Shown piece by piece: positions 58,839-64,000 of a DNA stretch of 64,000 nucleotides. The first letter of the stretch is position 1, and each line of letters starts with the position of its first letter. The stretch spans positions 452,144 to 516,143 of the forward strand of contig CAVOWZ010000011.1 in NCBI GenBank assembly GCA_963700275.1, given 5' to 3'. The notes under the pieces were generated by a model. It did no database searches and was not told the origin of the DNA. It saw only the letters and a program-made list of their open reading frames with translations. The stretch comes from an uncultured Bacteroidales bacterium. GTDB lineage: Bacteria > Bacteroidota > Bacteroidia > Bacteroidales > VadinHA17. Made by a program: the position numbers and the translations under genes.

Positions 58839-60622
58839 GTCAATCCCGATTTCAAGGTAACAGACTTATCCATACCAACAACCTCTATACCCTCATTCTC
58901 GATAAACTCGCTCAAAGGCTCCTCATGATCTAAACCAATATTTTGCCTGAACACGACATCAATGGCATCAATCAAATCCTGTTCCTGAATGCCACCAGGA
59001 TTCTTATCAGGATGATCAGCGTCACGGCGGATAGCAATGGTTGTCGCCTTTTCCACAACGCCGGCAATCAAAGCGCCATTGATTATATGCTTAAGCATAA
59101 AATGCCTTGGTGTCTTAGTATCCTTGCGATCAAAAACAGCATAATACTTGTACTCATCAGAGAACAACCGTTTCGCAGCAGAAGCAGCAAGGTCTTCCTT
59201 CTTCAAACCATTAGCAAGCGGCACTCCTTTCAGATGAATATTGAATATTTCCCCGGCACTTTCTAACGTCGGCCGGCTAACATACACCTTAACATCAACT
59301 CTGCCATCACGAACTACTGCAGGATCAAGAATATCTGCCCTGTTAGTCGCCAGTAAAACAAGGGCGCCCGATTCCTCCATACCTCCCATCTCCGACAGAA
59401 ACGTTGGCACAGTTGTACTCTCAATATCAGAACTGATACCAGAACCGCGCTTCCGAAGCAACGCTTCTGCCTCATCAATGAAAACAATTGCAGGAAAGCC
59501 ATACTTTTTTTTGTGCGTTTTAGCTCTCGAAAACAGACTTCTGATAGCCTCCTCTGACTTACCAAGCCACATTTCCAAAAGTTCCGGCCCCTTGACATAG
59601 ATAAATCCTGACTGCATGGCTTCCTTAGCATGTATACCATACATCTTAGCTAACGACGTGACGACAGCCATTGCAAGGAGAGTCTTCCCGCATCCGGGAG
59701 GACCGAAAAGCAATGCGCCTTTTACCGGCTTCTTACGATAGAACTCATAGTACTTCTTTAACTGGTGAGGCCATTCGATGATTTCACGCATGATACGCTT
59801 TGCCTCTGACAAACCACCAACGTCGTCCCAGGATACCTCTCTCCAGTCGGTTAAAGTGTAACTTGTCTCAATATTCCCAATATTCCTGATGATAATAGTA
59901 TTAAATAGATCAAGCACAACGCGGTCCCCTTTCTTCACATCAGCAGAACGACCCTTATAAGCGACCGATTTGCCACTGCCGATTGCCACTTCACAACTTT
60001 CATCATCTACGATTTCAGTTATGATACCTATATTCCCGGCTATGATACCTTCAGTCTTGTCTACAATTTGCTTCGTAGAAGGAGATAGTCTGACCATGTC
60101 GCCCGGTAACAATTTCCCGTGAAGGTGCTTAGGGAAGATGACTTCCACGAGTCGTCCTTCAAAGTGCAGGACCGCTGTGCCGTAACGATCACGATCCATT
60201 GCATCACGATCTTTCAGGAGCAGATCATCAGTATTGTAATCACCTTTCTTACCATCAGCAAACTCAACCGTTACCCACCCATGCTTCTGTTTGGTTTTGA
60301 TCTCACCTTCTGCAATGGATTCATTCGATCGTTCGCTCTCAGGCTTAATACGTACGATAAGTCCTATTTTATATTCATTATGACCTGCATTGTCCTTGAA
60401 ATAATTGCCGTGATCAGCCCACACACCAGGATCATTCATATACGTCTTAATAACAGTAGCCAAAGGGAGCGGTTCCCTGGTGAGGGCTTCGAGCATGTCG
60501 CGTTGTTCAAACAGTTTCTCTTTGGCTTTCGCAAGAGTAATCGTCATCTCATCGACTTTGGTATGGAGACGAATGATTTGTTGTTTAAGCTCATCAGATT
60601 TATTATTTCCTTCCATAACCAT
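58835..60622 (-). CDS. PAN/ARC/Mpa-type proteasomal AAA+ ATPase (coiled coil + OB domains + AAA module)
   Basis: 595-aa ORF with an N-terminal coiled coil (DELKQQIIRLHTKVDEMTITLAKAKEKLFEQRDMLEALTREPLP) and two OB-like segments. The AAA module has Walker A GPPGCGKT, pore loop MWLG, Walker B VFIDEAE and GSGISSDIESTTVPTFLSEMGG...ATNRADILDPAVVRDGRVD. This block is very close to the actinobacterial Mpa/ARC sequence as I recall it. The C-terminus (…LKSGLT) lacks an HbYX or GQYL docking motif. Confidence 0.8.
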   Translation of the reverse strand: MVMEGNNKSDELKQQIIRLHTKVDEMTITLAKAKEKLFEQRDMLEALTREPLPLATVIKTYMNDPGVWADHGNYFKDNAGHNEYKIGLIVRIKPESERSNESIAEGEIKTKQKHGWVTVEFADGKKGDYNTDDLLLKDRDAMDRDRYGTAVLHFEGRLVEVIFPKHLHGKLLPGDMVRLSPSTKQIVDKTEGIIAGNIGIITEIVDDESCEVAIGSGKSVAYKGRSADVKKGDRVVLDLFNTIIIRNIGNIETSYTLTDWREVSWDDVGGLSEAKRIMREIIEWPHQLKKYYEFYRKKPVKGALLFGPPGCGKTLLAMAVVTSLAKMYGIHAKEAMQSGFIYVKGPELLEMWLGKSEEAIRSLFSRAKTHKKKYGFPAIVFIDEAEALLRKRGSGISSDIESTTVPTFLSEMGGMEESGALVLLATNRADILDPAVVRDGRVDVKVYVSRPTLESAGEIFNIHLKGVPLANGLKKEDLAASAAKRLFSDEYKYYAVFDRKDTKTPRHFMLKHIINGALIAGVVEKATTIAIRRDADHPDKNPGGIQEQDLIDAIDVVFRQNIGLDHEEPLSEFIENEGIEVVGMDKSVTLKSGLT

Positions 60623-60640
60623 AACGGTGTCTTAAGCGAA

Positions 60641-61564
60641 TTACTTTTCTCCAAATTTTCTTACAGAGCACAAAGCGTCCTCATGTTGGATATTAAACTC
60701 CTTAATATCATGAAGTTGAGTAGGATCAAGCCCTGTATGACGAATGCCCTCCATGATGTCATTGAATTCCTTAGTGTGTTTAACAGTTGTAGGTCGTGGC
60801 TGTGGCCAGGGAATCTTTATATCCTGTACTATTTTCGACCCATCCTGTCCACCATTCTTATAGTACTGTGACAGCACGATAAGTCTAGTGCCCATAAAGA
60901 TAGCCTCTTCCAGGTCATGGGTAATGAACAGGATGGTCTGCTCCGTCTGAGCCCATAGTCCCTGTATGAATATCTGCATAGCTTCCCGGGTCCCTACGTC
61001 TAACGCACCCAAAGGCTCGTCCATAAGAAGGATTTGCGGTTTCATGATCATTGCCTGAGCAATAGCAACACGTTGCCGTTGACCTCCTGATAACTGGTGA
61101 GGGAATTTGTATGCGTGCTCAAGCAATCCAACTTTCTCCAAAAATAGATCAGCTTCTTCACGAAATTTCTTCACTTTAGTCCGATAGAAGAAGGGAAGCA
61201 TTTTCCTGAGGTAATTATCCGCCAGGTTAAAGTGCTCCAGCTCCAGACCGAACATCACATTATCCCGAACGTTCATGAAATCGAATAAGGAATACTTCTG
61301 GAAGACGATGCCACGACTGCGATCCGGACGTTTAATGAGATTTTCTTCCATAGCAGCTATGCCCTTACTGGGTCTTTCTGATCCCAGGACCATGCGCATC
61401 AATGTTGATTTACCGCATCCGGTGGGACCCACAATGGCGACAAATTCTCCTTTACGGATACGCAGGCTTATATCATTAAGGATGACTCGCCCACCATACT
61501 CCTGGTAAGTGTTGAACAATTCTATAACATACTTCCTGTCAATGTATTTTTCCATTAAATACAA
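60641..61564 (-). CDS. ABC transporter ATP-binding protein (NitT/TauT-like)
   Basis: 307-aa ORF with Walker A GPTGCGKST, signature LSGGQRQRV and Walker B LLMDEP, plus an extra C-terminal segment of about 60 aa. Confidence 0.88.
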   Translation of the reverse strand: MYLMEKYIDRKYVIELFNTYQEYGGRVILNDISLRIRKGEFVAIVGPTGCGKSTLMRMVLGSERPSKGIAAMEENLIKRPDRSRGIVFQKYSLFDFMNVRDNVMFGLELEHFNLADNYLRKMLPFFYRTKVKKFREEADLFLEKVGLLEHAYKFPHQLSGGQRQRVAIAQAMIMKPQILLMDEPLGALDVGTREAMQIFIQGLWAQTEQTILFITHDLEEAIFMGTRLIVLSQYYKNGGQDGSKIVQDIKIPWPQPRPTTVKHTKEFNDIMEGIRHTGLDPTQLHDIKEFNIQHEDALCSVRKFGEK

Positions 61565-61567
61565 CTA

Positions 61568-62698
61568 TTACTTGTTCAACCACTGATAATGTTTTTTAAT
61601 CCAGGCGCGAAATGCCATGTCGACCATGAAAGCCAGCATACTAATCCAGACAACATAAGGGAAAATTGTGGCCATATCCATATACCTTCGGACGACGAAG
61701 ATACGATAGCCGATGCCTGCTTCCGCTGCCAGCGCCTCTCCGGCGATAAGAAACAGGATGACTGCTTTGAAATTCAGACGCACGGTATCAAGCACTTTAG
61801 GGATTATTTGGGGAAATATAATCCTGAAAACAATCTCCGATTGGCTTGCACCCAGAGTCATGCCCTTGACGAGTTGCTCATCATGCACCTCTTTCACCTT
61901 GAGATAGGTATCAAGAATTACAGTAGGAGCAACACCGATAACTATTAACGCAATCTTCGCAGTCTCTCCAAGACCGAAGATGATGAACAGTATTGGCAAG
62001 ACCGCCAATGCCGGGATCTTATCAAAGAACAATACGAACCTGTATAATATCTTCTCCGCATAGGGGAATGCACCCATAAATAATCCGATATAGATGCCTG
62101 CGAAAATGAACACCATGGCAATAAGAATACGTTTGCCACTTGCCATGGTATCCTGCCAGAGGAGCGATTCACCCTGCTTCAGATACTCACGGGTAGCACC
62201 GTTTTTCCACATTTCCCGCTTGTTCCGGAACTTCCCGTCCGCGAAAGCTTGTTTGTCGCGGTTACGGGCCTCCTGAAATGTTTTGGGTATATCATTTTTG
62301 ATGACTTCACCATTAGCATCATACTCCTCTTTGACCCTAACCTCAAAAACAGTTTTTTTGAAACCGTGCCACAACTGTTCGCCGGTAGGAACAAGCTTAT
62401 CCTGCGGGTTCTCTGAATGCCTCTCAACGGCAGTATTATAATACAGCTTAATGCAGACGAGAAAGATAACTAATGATAGCAAGAGTGAGATGCGCTTGCC
62501 AGGTGTGGTTCTGAGCCTGTAGAAATTCTTAATCATTTCCAGGAACTCTTTTCCCAGACCGGCAAGCTCTAAAGCAATGAAACGGGGTAAGCGTTTCATT
62601 GCCTCCAGTATTTTTCGTGGGAATCCCTTCAGCCACTGCACCATGTCAATGAATTTAATTTTCAAACGCAAGAGAAACATATTTTGATTTGTTCGCAT
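61568..62698 (-). CDS. ABC transporter permease (NitT/TauT-like) with a long N-terminal extension
   Basis: 376-aa ORF whose C-terminal 200 aa form a BPD-type permease core. The N-terminal 170 aa carry one TM helix and a charged soluble region. Confidence 0.8.
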   Translation of the reverse strand: MRTNQNMFLLRLKIKFIDMVQWLKGFPRKILEAMKRLPRFIALELAGLGKEFLEMIKNFYRLRTTPGKRISLLLSLVIFLVCIKLYYNTAVERHSENPQDKLVPTGEQLWHGFKKTVFEVRVKEEYDANGEVIKNDIPKTFQEARNRDKQAFADGKFRNKREMWKNGATREYLKQGESLLWQDTMASGKRILIAMVFIFAGIYIGLFMGAFPYAEKILYRFVLFFDKIPALAVLPILFIIFGLGETAKIALIVIGVAPTVILDTYLKVKEVHDEQLVKGMTLGASQSEIVFRIIFPQIIPKVLDTVRLNFKAVILFLIAGEALAAEAGIGYRIFVVRRYMDMATIFPYVVWISMLAFMVDMAFRAWIKKHYQWLNK

Positions 62699-62735
62699 TA
62701 ATCAAACTGGCTTTACGGGATTTAAGTTGAAAGTG

Positions 62736-63827
62736 TTACTTAGACACTTCCTGCATGTAGCTGGCATCGTAGATGAACAGGACTTTGTTCTGGTTTCCGA
62801 TGACTGTACCGTCGGAGAACCTGATGCCTAAGTCATCAGCTTTTACACCTGCGCCGAGCAACTCGTATTTGGAGCAAAAGTTGCGTACCCGGCGCATGTT
62901 AGTCTTTATTTCCTCGCTGTTCGTGTAGTTGACAGCATCGGTTGCCTTATAAAACATGGCTGTTGTCTTCAGCTGGTTCTGATACTCTATTAAGCTCGAA
63001 CCGCCAGCCTTAGCCATATCTTCCAGTGCACCCTTCCCTTTATCAGTCCTTGAGGACATGATATCCATCACTTCAAACCAGGCACCAGCAAGAGCTTTAC
63101 CCAGCCCGGGATTAGTTTGCAATACTTTGGTTTTTACAACCATCAGGTCGAGTATTTCACCGGGGATTTGCGAGGAATCAAATATTTTCTTGACACCAGG
63201 GGTTTTCATGATTTCCATCACTAAAGGATTCCATGTCACAACCGCTTCCTGATCTTTATTCGCGATGAATGCCGGACCGATGTCGCTGTCGCTTACATTG
63301 ACGATTTTTACGTCGTCATCAGTCATACTATTCATGTCTAATGCACGGGACAACATGTAATGAGAGACTGAGAACTGAACAAGGTTTACCTTCTTCCCTT
63401 TGAGTTGCGGGATGGTTAAGTTGTTCCTCACTATCAGGGCATCGTTACCGTTGGAATAGTCACCTACGATAATTGCGGAGCATGGTATGCCACCGGCGAC
63501 CGGAATAGTCAGGCAATCCATGTTTGTCATTACGCAGGCATCTACTGAGGGTGTGGTAAACGCTTCAATTGAAGGCATATAATCCATCCGGACAAGCTTA
63601 ATCTTAATGCCATACCTGGCAGCCCATTTGTCCATAATGCCTGAGGTGTTAGCATACGACCAGGGGTTCCATCCAGCATATATGGACCAGACAACGGTGA
63701 ACTCCTTTTGTGCGGGAGAAGCTGCTTCCTTTCCAGTAGTGTGGGAGGTAAAGGAACTCATGGCCAGCCCGGAAATGATAAGCGAAACGGTGATTATTAC
63801 TGTGAGTGGATTAATTAATTTTTTCAT
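62736..63827 (-). CDS. ABC transporter substrate-binding protein (NitT/TauT-like)
   Basis: 363-aa ORF with a signal peptide and a periplasmic-binding-protein pattern. It is the first gene of the ABC set. Confidence 0.75.
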   Translation of the reverse strand: MKKLINPLTVIITVSLIISGLAMSSFTSHTTGKEAASPAQKEFTVVWSIYAGWNPWSYANTSGIMDKWAARYGIKIKLVRMDYMPSIEAFTTPSVDACVMTNMDCLTIPVAGGIPCSAIIVGDYSNGNDALIVRNNLTIPQLKGKKVNLVQFSVSHYMLSRALDMNSMTDDDVKIVNVSDSDIGPAFIANKDQEAVVTWNPLVMEIMKTPGVKKIFDSSQIPGEILDLMVVKTKVLQTNPGLGKALAGAWFEVMDIMSSRTDKGKGALEDMAKAGGSSLIEYQNQLKTTAMFYKATDAVNYTNSEEIKTNMRRVRNFCSKYELLGAGVKADDLGIRFSDGTVIGNQNKVLFIYDASYMQEVSK

Positions 63828-63875
63828 GTTAATGTTGAATTTTCTGTTTGTTTATAACGAAAAGGTTTTTTACTG

Positions 63876-64000
63876 TTAGATTTCATCATCAGCGGTGATG
63901 TCCATGAAAGCTTTCTTTCTTACGGCTTCACCTTTCTCCATTCTTTCGATGGTATCACGGCCTTTCCTGGTCAGCACTTCCAGTTTGCCGATAGATTCCT
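63876..64000 (-). CDS. C-terminal end of an unidentified gene running off the right edge
   Basis: Hand translation gives ...ESIGKLEVLTRKGRDTIERMEKGEAVRKKAFMDITADDEI* with a TAA stop at 63876-63878. It lies 48 nt upstream of the ABC operon on the same strand. Confidence 0.4.
   Translation of the reverse strand, partial: ESIGKLEVLTRKGRDTIERMEKGEAVRKKAFMDITADDEI

Noticed and set aside
60119-60871. A 250-aa plus-strand ORF, the longest unexplained ORF in the track
   Set aside because: It lies entirely antisense to the strongly supported AAA+ ATPase and ABC ATPase genes and spans their intergenic gap. Its translation is low-complexity (Phe/Ile/Leu/Ser-rich) with no recognisable motif. It is most likely a shadow ORF.
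1-64000. CRISPR arrays, tRNA/rRNA genes, transposases, integrases and classical defence genes (restriction-modification, toxin-antitoxin, nuclease/helicase islands)
   Set aside because: I found no regularly spaced short direct repeats with unique spacers and no cloverleaf-like or rRNA-like segments. No ORF has recombinase, transposase, or restriction or methylase motifs. The repeats present are better explained as the elements listed in the features.

Overview
The window looks like a chromosomal segment from a Bacteroidota-type genome. This is an inference from lipoprotein and TAT-rich periplasmic proteins, leaders without Shine-Dalgarno sequences, TAnnTTTG-like -7 boxes and CACAAAGG-type intergenic repeats. 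Most of it is well-supported accessory metabolism. It includes a di-haem cytochrome c peroxidase, pirin, TAT-exported oxidoreductases and a NifS-SelD fusion. There is an MFP-TolC pair, an acyl-CoA synthetase, a complete kdpABCDE locus followed by a TrkH-like K+ transporter, and a six-gene Psr-like molybdopterin reductase/YeeE/rhodanese operon. Further along are a CDF transporter, a GH18 enzyme, a large arsenic island (acr3-arsM-arsC / arsR-trx-arsF/G-like-permease), a Ser-type sulfatase, prfC, a Kef-type antiporter and a stress operon (SOD-baeRF-like-HPF). No rRNA, tRNA, CRISPR array, transposase or integrase was recognised. Two loci deserve follow-up. (1) At 58671-60622 a PAN/ARC/Mpa-type proteasomal AAA+ unfoldase is translationally coupled by an ATGA overlap to an unlisted 55-aa disordered ORF. 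Its acidic helix (DIDDIIREIDTHLE) resembles the Mpa-binding helix of Pup. No proteasome or Pup-ligase genes are visible, and the pair sits at the end of an ABC-transporter operon. (2) At 2411-5191 there is an AT-rich, integron-like array. Three small orphan-gene cassettes are each bounded by a decayed copy of the 3' end of mmcQ/yjbR plus a shared AGTATAATTAAAAAC junction, all co-oriented behind a frameshifted yjbR. Several conserved cis-elements are also reported: KdpE-type direct repeats upstream of both kdpA and trkH, a TGTGAAT-N23-TGTAACA motif in three copies, a TTCG-N8-CGAA palindrome in three copies next to ArsR genes, a 15-bp-arm hairpin family with compensatory changes, and MITE-like repeats. 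All product calls rest on my own recognition of motifs in the translated ORFs. No database search was run.
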